A stretch of DNA of 64,000 nucleotides from Bacteroidota bacterium (GTDB taxonomy: Bacteria > Bacteroidota > Bacteroidia > UKL13-3), in NCBI GenBank assembly GCA_947485745.1, contig CANKQY010000001.1, forward strand, positions 742-64,741, written 5' to 3'. The notes beneath the pieces were generated by a model. That model was not told the DNA's origin. It ran no database searches and saw only the letters and a list, made by a program, of their open reading frames with translations. A program made the translations under genes and the position numbers. Shown here piece after piece: positions 39,442 through 50,000 of the stretch (its first letter is position 1; each line of letters begins with the position of its first letter).

Positions 39442-40074
39442 TTAATCTATTAGATAATACTGCTCGTCATTTACGAAATTTTCATATTGAATTATTCCAT
39501 GAGCGGCATTAAAGTATATTCTATAGCGTTTAGCAGCTGTATTTGGGTATGTAATTACCCAACCAATTCCATAGTTCTTACCTCGACAAATAATGGAATC
39601 GGATTGCGAATTACCTGCCGCTACTGAAGAACCGAAATCATAAAAGTCGAAATTATCGTTATTAAAGGATATTTTCAAATTGGTAAAATCCCTATCACCA
39701 TCATATAAATTCGGAGCGTAATTACCCTCAATTTTAATCAAGTCGATTCTTCTAACATCCCTTGAATTTTTGAAAGTATAGTATTTATACTGAGTAAATT
39801 CACTCGACGTGCATTTTGATTCCAGGTCTTTAATCTCCTCCTTTAAAAAAAAATATGGCGAATCGGCTGTGAATGCAACAGAGTCAATAAAAAGACCCTT
39901 ATAATAATGCACGTAATTACTAACTTTACCTTTTTCTATCTGAAAGTAGTCCGCAACTCCAGGCTTAATTATTTTATACGTAATTCTACGACTACAATCT
40001 CGGTTGCAAGCAAATAATCCTGTAAGCAAGAATAATGCTAAAATTCGCCATTTAAAGTCTTTACTACACACCAT
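39442..40074 (-). CDS. Hypothetical lipoprotein (210 aa)
   Basis: Signal/lipobox …LFLLTGLFACNRD and consistent codon usage. No recognisable domain. Confidence 0.45.
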   Translation of the reverse strand: MVCSKDFKWRILALFLLTGLFACNRDCSRRITYKIIKPGVADYFQIEKGKVSNYVHYYKGLFIDSVAFTADSPYFFLKEEIKDLESKCTSSEFTQYKYYTFKNSRDVRRIDLIKIEGNYAPNLYDGDRDFTNLKISFNNDNFDFYDFGSSVAAGNSQSDSIICRGKNYGIGWVITYPNTAAKRYRIYFNAAHGIIQYENFVNDEQYYLID

Positions 40075-40117
40075 TCAAACATACAAAAGTTTAGACATAT
40101 TAAGATATTTACGGTTT

Positions 40118-40306
40118 TTATCTTTTATTTTCTTGCTTTTGTTTCAATGCAGCCTTTTTTACATTGTACCATGCATAAAAGTTATATCCTACTCCAACTA
40201 ATGAAATAATACCACCAATCAAAATTACTTCAGGATTTAAAAAACTTGCACTAATAACGGCAAAAGTTGCACCACCTACTGAATAAGTAGAGATGTAGTT
40301 TAGCAA
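40118..40306 (-). CDS. Possible small two-TM membrane protein (62 aa)
   Basis: Two hydrophobic helices (GGATFAVISASFL…ILIGGIISLVGVGYNFYAW) and a basic C-terminus. A short ORF, so it may be spurious. Confidence 0.3.
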   Translation of the reverse strand: MLNYISTYSVGGATFAVISASFLNPEVILIGGIISLVGVGYNFYAWYNVKKAALKQKQENKR

Positions 40307-40409
40307 AGACTTACGTTTTTACTACTTTCAGTACTTTTGAATTAATTGGTGGAATTAGTTTTAAATTTTAAATTGACCTATAAGTGAGTCATAAACTAAT
40401 TTAATTTTA

Positions 40410-43400
40410 CTACCTTATGATTTGAATTTTCTTACTTGTAATTTCACGTCCTTGATTGATAAACCTCAGTAAATATAAGCCAGTAGCTAAATCATTTGTT
40501 TCAATAGTTGCCAAACCTTTTGCCGCTGATAATTTACCGCTAAAGAGAGTTTGACCATTTAAACCAAATAGCTCAAACTGAATTTCTATTTGCTTTTGCA
40601 ATTCATAATCTATGAAAATTTTTTCATTAGCTGGTATAGGAAATATTTTCAATGATTTAAAGTCATCTTGCTCAATAAGAGTAGCACTTACGCCAGTAAT
40701 TACATTTAAACTGCTTTGACTAAAACCGCAATTATTAATTGCTTTCACCCCTAAGGTGGCGTTTTGGCTCCCTGTTAATACCATGATTGAATTGGTATTC
40801 TCACCTCCTAATAATAACCAGTCGCTCGGGATATTCCAGACATAACTATTTGCGTTGCTGGCAGCTATGCTATAATTTCTGCTGGTGTTTGCTTTAATAT
40901 ATTTTTCTCCTGCAATTCCTCCTAAAAATTGCGGCAGTCTACTAACTGTCATTCCCAAGCTTAAACTAGAGTCACTCTCGCATCCTTCATTTTTACCGCG
41001 CACCGTTACATTCCCATTACTTGATCCCACTTTTACTTGTATGGTTTGTAAAGTTGAATTACCTATAAAACTCCAATCACTTGGCAATTGCCATACATAA
41101 GAACTTGCACCAATCAGCGTATTTGAACTGAGGGTAATGGAACTTAATTCACAAGCAGGCTGACTGCTTGGCGTAATGCTTTGTGGCTTCGAGGCCTGAG
41201 TATAACTATTAAAAATAGACAAACTGCTAAACGAACTTCTACAGCCGCCTTGTATGCTTTGAACCTGCATGGTTCCTGTATTGCTGTTAGGTATAACATT
41301 AATGGAAGTGGTATTTTGACCAGAACTGATATTCCATCCTATTGGCACTGTCCAAGTATAACCTGTTGCTCCGCTTACTGCAGCAATGCTATAGGTTTTT
41401 GAAACTCCTACACAAAACGCATTATCTCCTGTGATGGCTAGGGGTGTGCTAGGTATGGAAGTAGATATGGAAGATATATTCAAAATCCGCTCTGCTCCCA
41501 CACAACCATTGGTGCTGGTGGCTTTTACGCTTATGTTTCCGCCAACTCCACTTGTTGGCCTAATTAATATACTCGTATCTGTGCTTATTCCATTACTCGG
41601 ACTCATGTCCCAGCCATTTGGAGCCGTCCAGGTATAACTTAAAGCATTTAAAACTTTATTAACCCTAAACGTTTCATATTGACTGCTGCATCCTTGCGTT
41701 AAGCCAGATACAATAGGCTGAACAGGCTTTGCTTGCACGTTTATAAAACGCTTGGTTTGAACCGAACTACATCCACTTGAACCTATCGCTACAACCCGTA
41801 AGGTATCTGCTACTCCATTAAACGTTAACCCAATGCTATTACTGCTCGAACTACCACTCCAACCAGAAGGGAATGTCCAACTATAAGAACTCGCATTGGT
41901 GGCAGAGACGCTATAAGTTTGGGTTGCGCCTTCACAGGTATTCACATTGCCCGTTATACTACCCGATATTTGTGGGGAAGCATTTACCGTTATTGATTGT
42001 GTTCGCACCGTACTAGTGCAGCCTGGGTTTGTGGCTTGAACACTTAAAATGAAATTACCAGCATTATTGCCAACAGTGGTACTTATGTTATTGGTATTAT
42101 TGGCCCCATTAAAACTCCATCCCGAAGGCAAAGTCCATAGATAAGCTGAAGCATTGGCAACGGTGGATACACCAAAATTCTGTTGACTATTTGCACAAAA
42201 AGATGAGGCACCTGTTACAGCTCCGGGTTGACTAACTTGCGCATAAATGGCAATTGGCAATTGTGCTACCGCACTGCTGCATATGCCATTTACACCACGC
42301 ACGCTCATATTTCCACTGCCAATGGTTGAACCAACAGTTGCGTTAATATTATTAGTTGTTGAACTACCTGTTAAACCGCTTGGTAAGGTCCAAATATAAC
42401 TGGCAGCACCGCTAATTGTTGGCACACTGTAGATTACTGCATTACCCACACATACATCAGAACTGCCGCTTATATTTCCAATTGTTCCAAAAGAGATTAC
42501 TGAAATAGACCTAGTGGCTGCGCTTGTGGTATCTCCACAACTATTATACGCCTTAACACTGATAGTTCCAGAGGTATTTGCATTTACTATAATTGTGGTG
42601 GTATTTTGCCCGCTAACGATAACCCAACCTAATGGTAACGTCCACCAATAACCTGCTGCATTAACCGTGCTTGAGCTCAATGAAAAAGTATAGGTGCTAT
42701 TTTGGCAATAGGTGGTTGCAGGATTATTTATTGTGCCTATGGTTCCCAAGGTACCAGTAGGAATACATTCTTGAAACTTTATTAGGAAAGCATCATCACT
42801 TCCCCCATTCACAGTTTGATGACTACCTGAAGTGGATAAACTATTTGAACCTAGTGAGTTGCCTGCCAAGTAAATACTTCCACTTACGTCTTTGCCAACA
42901 GCATAACCATAATCCGACCCAATACCTCCATAAAAAGTACCCCATTGCCTTACCCCATTCGTATTAAATTTGACTAAAAAAGCATCTCTACCGCCTGCAT
43001 TAGTAAGCTGATAACCAGAAGTAGTAGCAATATTGTTATCACTGCCAGTATTTCCAGCTAGGTATATATTTCCATTGGCTTCGCAATAAACAGAGAATAC
43101 ATCTTCATAATCGTTACCTCCATAATAGGTGGCCCATTGTCGCACCCCATTTGTATTAAATTTAACCAAATATGCGTCAACTCCACCGCCATAAATAACT
43201 TGATGAGTTCCAGCTGAGGAGATATTGCTCATACCGTTGGTAACTCCAGCTAGGTATATATTTCCAGAGGCATCAGTACATATATTTCTAGCTACATCTA
43301 AGGAGTTTCCTCCATAAAATGTGCCCCATTGCCGCACACCATTGGTATTGAATTTAACCAAGAAACCATCTTCTCCGCCGCCATTTCCGGTCTGATAAGT

Positions 43401-44930
43401 GCCCGAAGTGGATATATTATCAACACTTATCGTAGAACTAGCTAAATATATATTCCCATTGGCATCAGTACATATCGAAGAACCATATGCAGATTCACGG
43501 TCACTTCCACCATAATAAGTAGCCCATAGCCTTGAACCATTAGTATTAAATTTAACTAAGAATGCATCATTATTTCCGGCTAAATTGGTTTGATGGCTGC
43601 CAGTAGTTGAAATATTATTACTGCTATTGGTTTGACCAGAAAGGTAGATATTTCCAGTGACATCTATACACAGAGAATAGCCAAAATCATAGCTAATACC
43701 TCCATAATATGTTCCCCATTGCCTTACCCCGTTGGTGTTAAATTTAACAAAAAATGCATCATAATTACCTCCCGAACTTGCTTGATGACTGGCGGTGGTG
43801 GCAATATTGTTGGTGCTTCCGGTACTACCGGCTAAATAAACATTTCCAGAGGCATCCGAACAAATAGATTCTCCACGAGAATTATCATTGCCTCCATAAT
43901 AAGTGCTCCATTGACTAACTCCACTAGTATTGAATTTAATTAAAAAAGCGTTTACTATACCCCCAATGGTAGATTGATGACTGCCAGATGAAGCTATATT
44001 ATTAGTACTTTGAGTATTCCCAGTTAAATAAACATTTCCACTGACATCCGAGCAAAGTGCCTTTCCCTCCTCTACATTACCCCCACCATAATACGTACCC
44101 CATAATCTAGTTGGATTTGGATCCACCACCAAATCAAATGAAGCAATCTGTGCTTGCGTTTTAAAACCAATGGTTTCTTTATCTAGCAAGGTATAATCTA
44201 CCTGTACGGTTTGGTTCAGACCGTTTTTAATGAGCCAACTGGCAGGTATGCTTTCTTTAAATTCTCCTCGGTTGGTATTAAATATTAATTCTTGTCCATT
44301 GGTTTTAAATGGAGCGCCTTTGTATTGAAGTTTAATATCAGAAAGCTGAGCGCCGGCATGCACTACAAAATTGTATTTAAAGCCTTTTTCGTTGAGTAAA
44401 TACTCAATGTCAATGCCGGGATAAATAGCTTTGTATGTTATTTTTTGGTATTGGTGTACCTCTAATATTCCATCGGATGCATGATCTACATTGTAATAAT
44501 TGGTATAATCGCTGCTTTTGCCTTCTGCAATGATTTGTGGGCTTGGGTTTGCACCTAGTAAGGTTATATCTATGCGGTGAAAGTGGTAAGTTACTTCTTC
44601 GGGTTCAATCTCTTTACCTGGTAATTTTTGTATGAGTTCAGCCATACCTAATAAGGCTTTGGTTTTTCTTTGGGTAGTAAAAATATCGTAGCTAAAACCC
44701 GTTTTTCTCAGATGCACATTTAAGCCATTGCCATTTAATAAATACAATACTGCCGAGTTAGACTTTCTATATTGATCAATTACCTGACCCTTGTTTTCTA
44801 TAAATCCGGCAGATTTGCTTGTTGCTAATAAACTAGCTGGATCAACTTTAGCAAATAGCGGCAAACACCAAATACATTGGATAAAAATAAATGAAGCAAT
44901 AAACAATATTTTTCTCTGGGCTTTTTTCAT
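40410..44930 (-). CDS. SBBP-repeat / Ig-like-repeat secreted protein with T9SS type-A CTD (1506 aa)
   Basis: Signal peptide. Many FNTNGVRQW.TYYGG… SBBP-type repeats, repeated …Y.WT.PSGW… Ig/PKD-like modules, and C-terminus …LKIFPIPANEKIFIDYEL…GLYLLRFINQGREITSKKIQIIR. Confidence 0.85.
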   Translation of the reverse strand: MKKAQRKILFIASFIFIQCIWCLPLFAKVDPASLLATSKSAGFIENKGQVIDQYRKSNSAVLYLLNGNGLNVHLRKTGFSYDIFTTQRKTKALLGMAELIQKLPGKEIEPEEVTYHFHRIDITLLGANPSPQIIAEGKSSDYTNYYNVDHASDGILEVHQYQKITYKAIYPGIDIEYLLNEKGFKYNFVVHAGAQLSDIKLQYKGAPFKTNGQELIFNTNRGEFKESIPASWLIKNGLNQTVQVDYTLLDKETIGFKTQAQIASFDLVVDPNPTRLWGTYYGGGNVEEGKALCSDVSGNVYLTGNTQSTNNIASSGSHQSTIGGIVNAFLIKFNTSGVSQWSTYYGGNDNSRGESICSDASGNVYLAGSTGSTNNIATTASHQASSGGNYDAFFVKFNTNGVRQWGTYYGGISYDFGYSLCIDVTGNIYLSGQTNSSNNISTTGSHQTNLAGNNDAFLVKFNTNGSRLWATYYGGSDRESAYGSSICTDANGNIYLASSTISVDNISTSGTYQTGNGGGEDGFLVKFNTNGVRQWGTFYGGNSLDVARNICTDASGNIYLAGVTNGMSNISSAGTHQVIYGGGVDAYLVKFNTNGVRQWATYYGGNDYEDVFSVYCEANGNIYLAGNTGSDNNIATTSGYQLTNAGGRDAFLVKFNTNGVRQWGTFYGGIGSDYGYAVGKDVSGSIYLAGNSLGSNSLSTSGSHQTVNGGSDDAFLIKFQECIPTGTLGTIGTINNPATTYCQNSTYTFSLSSSTVNAAGYWWTLPLGWVIVSGQNTTTIIVNANTSGTISVKAYNSCGDTTSAATRSISVISFGTIGNISGSSDVCVGNAVIYSVPTISGAASYIWTLPSGLTGSSTTNNINATVGSTIGSGNMSVRGVNGICSSAVAQLPIAIYAQVSQPGAVTGASSFCANSQQNFGVSTVANASAYLWTLPSGWSFNGANNTNNISTTVGNNAGNFILSVQATNPGCTSTVRTQSITVNASPQISGSITGNVNTCEGATQTYSVSATNASSYSWTFPSGWSGSSSSNSIGLTFNGVADTLRVVAIGSSGCSSVQTKRFINVQAKPVQPIVSGLTQGCSSQYETFRVNKVLNALSYTWTAPNGWDMSPSNGISTDTSILIRPTSGVGGNISVKATSTNGCVGAERILNISSISTSIPSTPLAITGDNAFCVGVSKTYSIAAVSGATGYTWTVPIGWNISSGQNTTSINVIPNSNTGTMQVQSIQGGCRSSFSSLSIFNSYTQASKPQSITPSSQPACELSSITLSSNTLIGASSYVWQLPSDWSFIGNSTLQTIQVKVGSSNGNVTVRGKNEGCESDSSLSLGMTVSRLPQFLGGIAGEKYIKANTSRNYSIAASNANSYVWNIPSDWLLLGGENTNSIMVLTGSQNATLGVKAINNCGFSQSSLNVITGVSATLIEQDDFKSLKIFPIPANEKIFIDYELQKQIEIQFELFGLNGQTLFSGKLSAAKGLATIETNDLATGLYLLRFINQGREITSKKIQIIR

Positions 44931-45207
44931 GTGTTTAGCGGGAAATGCAAAGCTTTTATATTTCCTTTTTAAATAGTAATTTACTCAAAATTAGGTTTAG
45001 TTGATGTAATAAAAAAATTAATAATCATATAATTGTGTAAGTTGAAGGATTAAGAAATTAAGCAAAAAAGATATTTAACTTTTTTGATTCGTTGGACTAA
45101 TAAATCAGTCATCTAAGCAAAACCGAATTTGCTGTACCTATAGCTGTACCTACTATAAAAATAGTAAGATAAAATGCTTAAAATTAGGATTTTATAATAA
45201 CACATTG

Positions 45208-45279
45208 TGCACCTAAAGGGATTCGAACCCCCATCTTCAGAACCGGAATCTGAAATTCTATCCATTGAACTATAAGTGC
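45208..45279 (-). tRNA. tRNA-Arg (anticodon CCG)
   Basis: Manually folded cloverleaf: 7-bp acceptor stem (GCACTTA/TAGGTGC), D-stem GTTC/GAAT, anticodon stem TCAGA/TCTGA with loop TTCCGGT, T-arm GGGGG-TTCGAAT-CCCTT, discriminator A. Confidence 0.85.
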
Positions 45280-45646
45280 AGTTCGACAAGCTCACTGCAG
45301 GCGCAGTGGTTTATCGTTAATCTGATTGCGTTAGCGTGTGAGTCGCGAGGACTTGCAGTTGCTCAAAACCCAAACTGATTAAGCGGCGAAGATAAGAGAA
45401 TTATTGTAAGAGAATTGTGCTTGACTAAATTAAAATATAGGTTACCTATTAAGCTGATTTTTACATTTAAACCCTCCGGGGTCGTTTGTTAATCGGAACG
45501 TTGACTTGCTATAAACATGCGACCCCATTTGGGTCGGACAGTCATTCTTTAAACAAATCGATTTTTAAATTAAGAATTAAACCCAATTCTTATAAGTTTA
45601 ATAACCTTACATTCGAATAACCTTATTTCAATTTTGTTCTACTATT

Positions 45647-46105
45647 ATGGCCTTAAGACTATTTCTGTTTCTACTAATAAACTTCGCAGCGCTTGCCCTT
45701 GGCGGTTTAGCCACCAGCGATGGTGTTGTTTCTTTATGGTATCAAAATTTAAATCAGGCTCCGTGGACGCCGCCAGGCTGGGTGTTTGGGGCGGCTTGGA
45801 CCTTCATTTTGATTAGCTTTTCTGTTTATATGACCTATCTATGGCCAAGGGTGAAAAACCATGAGTTACTCATAGCCCTTTTTACCTTGCAATGGATACT
45901 AAATGTTGGCTGGAATCCAATGTTTTTTAACTACCACCTAGTAACAATTTCGTTGGCAATAATTACGGCATTAACGCTGTTGGTGGCAGCCATTATGATT
46001 ACATATTATACGGTAAGCAAAAGCAAATCCTTATTGATTTTGCCCTACTTCTTGTGGTTGCTCATTGCAACTTCTTTAAATGCTTATATTTATTTATACA
46101 ACTAG
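45647..46105 (+). CDS. tspO: TspO/MBR family tryptophan-rich sensory protein
   Basis: A 152-aa product with 5 TM helices and the conserved WY…L.KP.WTPP.WVFG..WT motif (WYQNLNQAPWTPPGWVFGAAWT). Confidence 0.85.
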   Translation: MALRLFLFLLINFAALALGGLATSDGVVSLWYQNLNQAPWTPPGWVFGAAWTFILISFSVYMTYLWPRVKNHELLIALFTLQWILNVGWNPMFFNYHLVTISLAIITALTLLVAAIMITYYTVSKSKSLLILPYFLWLLIATSLNAYIYLYN

Positions 46106-46941
46106 TGAAAAACAACAAGCTTTTGCGTGCTGCTTTGGCTTCCGCAAACGGTTTGAACCAAATAAATGCCGCTTTCAATTTGGGAAATATTGATTTGCTC
46201 TTTGGTGATTCCCGCTGGCAAATTTTTGCTCATTAGGTTCAGTACTTCCTTGCCATTTAGCGTAAATAATTTAATGTCTGTTTCGCCTGCATCCAATTTA
46301 TTCAACTCAAGGTTCAAATAATCTGAACTAGGATTAGGGTAAATGGATAGGTTCAAACCGACATTTAATTCATTTAAACTGGTAAAGCCTTCTTGGTATA
46401 CACGTAAGGTACTTAATTTGGTTAAATCGCCTCCTTTATGGCCATCTTGGTTTGAATTGAACGCACCATAGAACACCACTTCCTTTGTGCCATCTGTTGG
46501 GGCTATCCAATTGAAATCCCATACTGCCATGTTTTGGCCTGGTACTCCAGCTGGTTTGTAAGTAATGTATTTTCCATTGCCATTAATTTGTGTTCTGCCT
46601 GTATCGGTCGCTACTAAGGTGCCAAGCATTCTGCCATCTATGGCTTGTGGCGAAATTGAAAACCCAAAACGGTTATGAGAAAGCGAAGTATTGGTGGCAG
46701 TAATTTTATAAGTATTGCCTGGTTTAAATCCTGCAGCGGGGATGTCGGAGGTAATCCATTCTATCACTGGCGTAGCGGTGCCACCATGACAAACAGTGCA
46801 ATTTTTTAAGCTATCGCCGGGCGATCCGGTATAACCCGGATTGGTACCATCTGCCCTTTTGTTGAGACTCTTGGTATCGAAAGACTGAAGCAAAATAAGG
46901 CAGCAAGCTCCAAATAAAAATGTGTAAATGATTGATTTCAT
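46102..46941 (-). CDS. Small secreted protein with a single CxxCH motif and T9SS type-A CTD
   Basis: Signal peptide. PGYTGSPGDSLKNCTVCHGG (CxxCH). C-terminus …LSIYPNPSSDYLNLEL…GIYLVQTVCGSQSSTQKLVVFH. Confidence 0.7.
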   Translation of the reverse strand: MKSIIYTFLFGACCLILLQSFDTKSLNKRADGTNPGYTGSPGDSLKNCTVCHGGTATPVIEWITSDIPAAGFKPGNTYKITATNTSLSHNRFGFSISPQAIDGRMLGTLVATDTGRTQINGNGKYITYKPAGVPGQNMAVWDFNWIAPTDGTKEVVFYGAFNSNQDGHKGGDLTKLSTLRVYQEGFTSLNELNVGLNLSIYPNPSSDYLNLELNKLDAGETDIKLFTLNGKEVLNLMSKNLPAGITKEQINISQIESGIYLVQTVCGSQSSTQKLVVFH

Positions 46942-47025
46942 GTAATGTTATTTATATCAAACATACTACAAATTGTTGAATAAGAAAAAAATATTGTCAA
47001 TAACACTCTCCTCAAAAAAATAGCA

Positions 47026-47059
47026 CAAAAAAGGGCAACCCTTGCGGATTGCCCTTTTT
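47026..47059 (-). terminator. Rho-independent terminator (bidirectional) after the 1333-aa gene
   Basis: aaaaaaGGGCAAcccttgcggaTTGCCCttttt. Confidence 0.6.
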
Positions 47060-47079
47060 GGATATAAAAATGAAAAATA

Positions 47080-50000
47080 TTATCTCACAATTACTAAGCG
47101 AGTATTAACTGTTGATTCTCCAGAGTTAATTCTTACAAAGTACATTCCTTGAGGCAATCCTGCTGTTCCTAAAGTAATTTGGTTTGAACCAACACTGTAT
47201 TTAGCAACTTCAGTACCAACTACCAATTTACCTGTAATGTCTAGCAATTGAACTGAAACCATATTACTTGAATTTAAGGTAAATGAAACATTTACTAAAT
47301 CACTCGTAGGATTAGGATATACAGCGTAGTTTGCAAAAGCGCCATTTACTTCTGTAATTGAAGTTGGAATAGCTTTGATAGTTTTAGTAACTGAATCTTT
47401 ACCATAAACATGCTCAGCAACTAAAGATACTACGTAATCACCTTTTGTTGTATAGCTATGAACTGCATTTTTTGTAACTGCTGTTGCGCCATCACCAAAA
47501 TACCATTTGTAGCTAATAGTTAATCCTTTTTCAACAGTGGTATTGGTGAAAGTAAATTCATTTGAACCAGTAGTTGTATTTTTAGTATAAGTAAAATCTA
47601 CAACTGGAAGTATGCTTAAATCATTTATTACAACAGTTTTGCTGGTAGTAGCATTTCCACATTTGCTCTTAGCTACCAAAGTAACTGTATAAGTTCCATT
47701 AGCAGGATAAGTAAAGCTTGGGTTCATGGCCGATGAAGTATCAGCATTACCAATTACACCAAAATCCCAGAAGTAAGTTGTAGCATTTGAAGAGCTATTT
47801 AAGAAATCAACTTTTAAAGTAGCTGAATTTGCAGGTGCTGTAAAGCTTGCAGTTGCACTAGGGTTATTGATTGGTGAAGATGCGTATGTTTCTAATTGTG
47901 GGTTAAAATTACACCAGCAATTTGTCCAGTTACTATCAGGGTTTGAACCCATAGCACCGCGGAAACTTGTAGGAGTAAAATACGAATCAGAAATTTTTGA
48001 ACCTGTAAAAGAAGCACCAGTTGAAGCAGGTGAACTAGCTGCAGGAGCAAATACTGGATTGGTATAATTAAACGGATCAACCAATACACCAAATGCAGCT
48101 GCTATTGAATCGTTTGCATTGGCAAATACCTTGCTTCTTGTTAAAGCACCATTCGATCCACCAGTGCTGGTTCCGTTGATAGCTCTTAAATTACCAGCCA
48201 AGATATTGTTCTTAAACAACAAGGTATCATTTTGATGCTTGTTTACACTTCTAGCTCCATCAATAAACACACCATCAGGGAATCCCATGATAATTGAATT
48301 GAATAAACTCATTTGAGAATTTCTTCTGATACGAGCTCCGTTTTGGAATGAGTTAGCATAAGACAATGGTGTACCATTAGCCAAAGGACCTAATACCGTT
48401 ACATTAGAGAAAGTAGCATCTGTGTATGGCTTAGCTTCTGTTCCTGAAGCATCGTTGTCTGATTCAAAACCATTTGTAGTTGGGCCTGAACCAATATCAA
48501 ATAATGCTGAGTCGCGTTGTACAATTGCAAATTGAATTTTACCGCTATAACCAAAGTCAGTATCTAAGTCATCATCCACATTTCTATGTGAAACTAAGTA
48601 CTTAGCGTTTACATTACCACCAAACCACTCAAATCCGTCGTCATCAGCAAATGAAACTTGTATATATTCTAAGGTAGTTCCTTTACCAACACCACCCATG
48701 GTTAAACCATTGATTTCGTTACCTGGGGTAATTACAGTACCTGCATATTCAACACGTACATATTTTAAAGAACCAGAACTATGGTTATCGTCGTTACCAC
48801 CATACAAAGCATCACCAGCAGCATTATCTAAATCGCCTTCTACTGCATTTTGTATACCTGTCTCACTTGCTGCTACAGAAGCACCAGGACAAGTTGTACA
48901 ATCTGTAGGTCTGTTGATAATAGCCTTACCCAAAATTACCAACCCACCCCAATCGCCTTTGTTACGGGTACCAGCAGCTTTAGATGATGTAAAGACAATT
49001 GGTTGATTTTTGGTTCCATTAGCAATAATGCTAGCATTTCTAGTAATAATTAAACAAGCTTTGTTTGCACCACCTTTGATAATAGTACCTGGCTGAATAG
49101 TTAATACCGCGTTGTTTTTTACATACGTATATCCGTTTAATACATAAATTGAATCATTGTAGAAAGTTGTATTGCCGGTAATGTCGCCAGTAATTGCTCT
49201 CACAGGAGAAGCAATACCTGTAACACTAACCTGACGGCTAGTTGCGTTTAAACACACACCATTGGTAGCTGTTAAAGTTACATTGTAAACTCCATTGGCT
49301 AAATAAGTATGTGAAGGACTTGAATTGGTTGAAGTATTTCCTTCACCAAAATTCCATAAGTAAGTAACTCCGTTTGTAGAAGTATTGGTAAAATTAACCA
49401 AACCAGCAGCACCGTTGGCAGCTGTGAAATTAGCGGCAGGTGTTGGGTTAACGGTTACTAAAATACTATCAGTTAAAAAACATCCAGTTACAGTATCTGT
49501 AACAGTTACAAAATATTTAGTAGTAACAGTTGGGTTCGCTGATGGTCTTGAAGCAGTAGCAGAACTTAATCCTGCTGAAGGAGTCCAAGATGCTTTCATG
49601 CTACCAGTTAATGTTTGTCCAATAGTTAAAGATCTTCCAGAGCAAATTGCAGAATCTTTTCCAGCATCGTAAACCAATGGCATATTATTGATATTACCTA
49701 CTGAGTAATCAGCAGTTTGAGGATCGAAATTACACCAGCATTTAGTCCAATCTGAAGCACCCATTGCACCTCTATAAGCAGTACTTTCAAAAAATGGATC
49801 TGAGATTTTTGTTCCTGTAAAAGATGCACCTGTTAAAGCAGCAGATGAACCAGCAGGAGTAAAATTAGGGTTGGTATATGCAAATGGATTTGATAATACA
49901 CCTGTAGCAGAGAAAATTGAATCATTTGCACTTGCAAATACTTTTGCTCTGGTTAAGGGTCCGTTTGAACCACCAGTTGTTGTTCCATTAATTGCTCTTA

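Noticed and set aside
39171-39512. 113-aa plus-strand ORF with an SLSLSL repeat
   Set aside because: It is a translation of the (TCTCTT)n microsatellite. It has no start context and overlaps the lipoprotein gene on the other strand.
40885-41637. Small plus-strand ORFs (40885-41100, 41181-41402, 41431-41637) inside the 1506-aa gene
   Set aside because: They are opposite-strand shadows of repetitive SBBP-encoding sequence.
45120-45650. Integrated mobile element at the tRNA-Arg gene
   Set aside because: There is no integrase, no direct repeat of the tRNA 3' end, and the flanking genes (T9SS cargo, tspO) are ordinary chromosomal genes.
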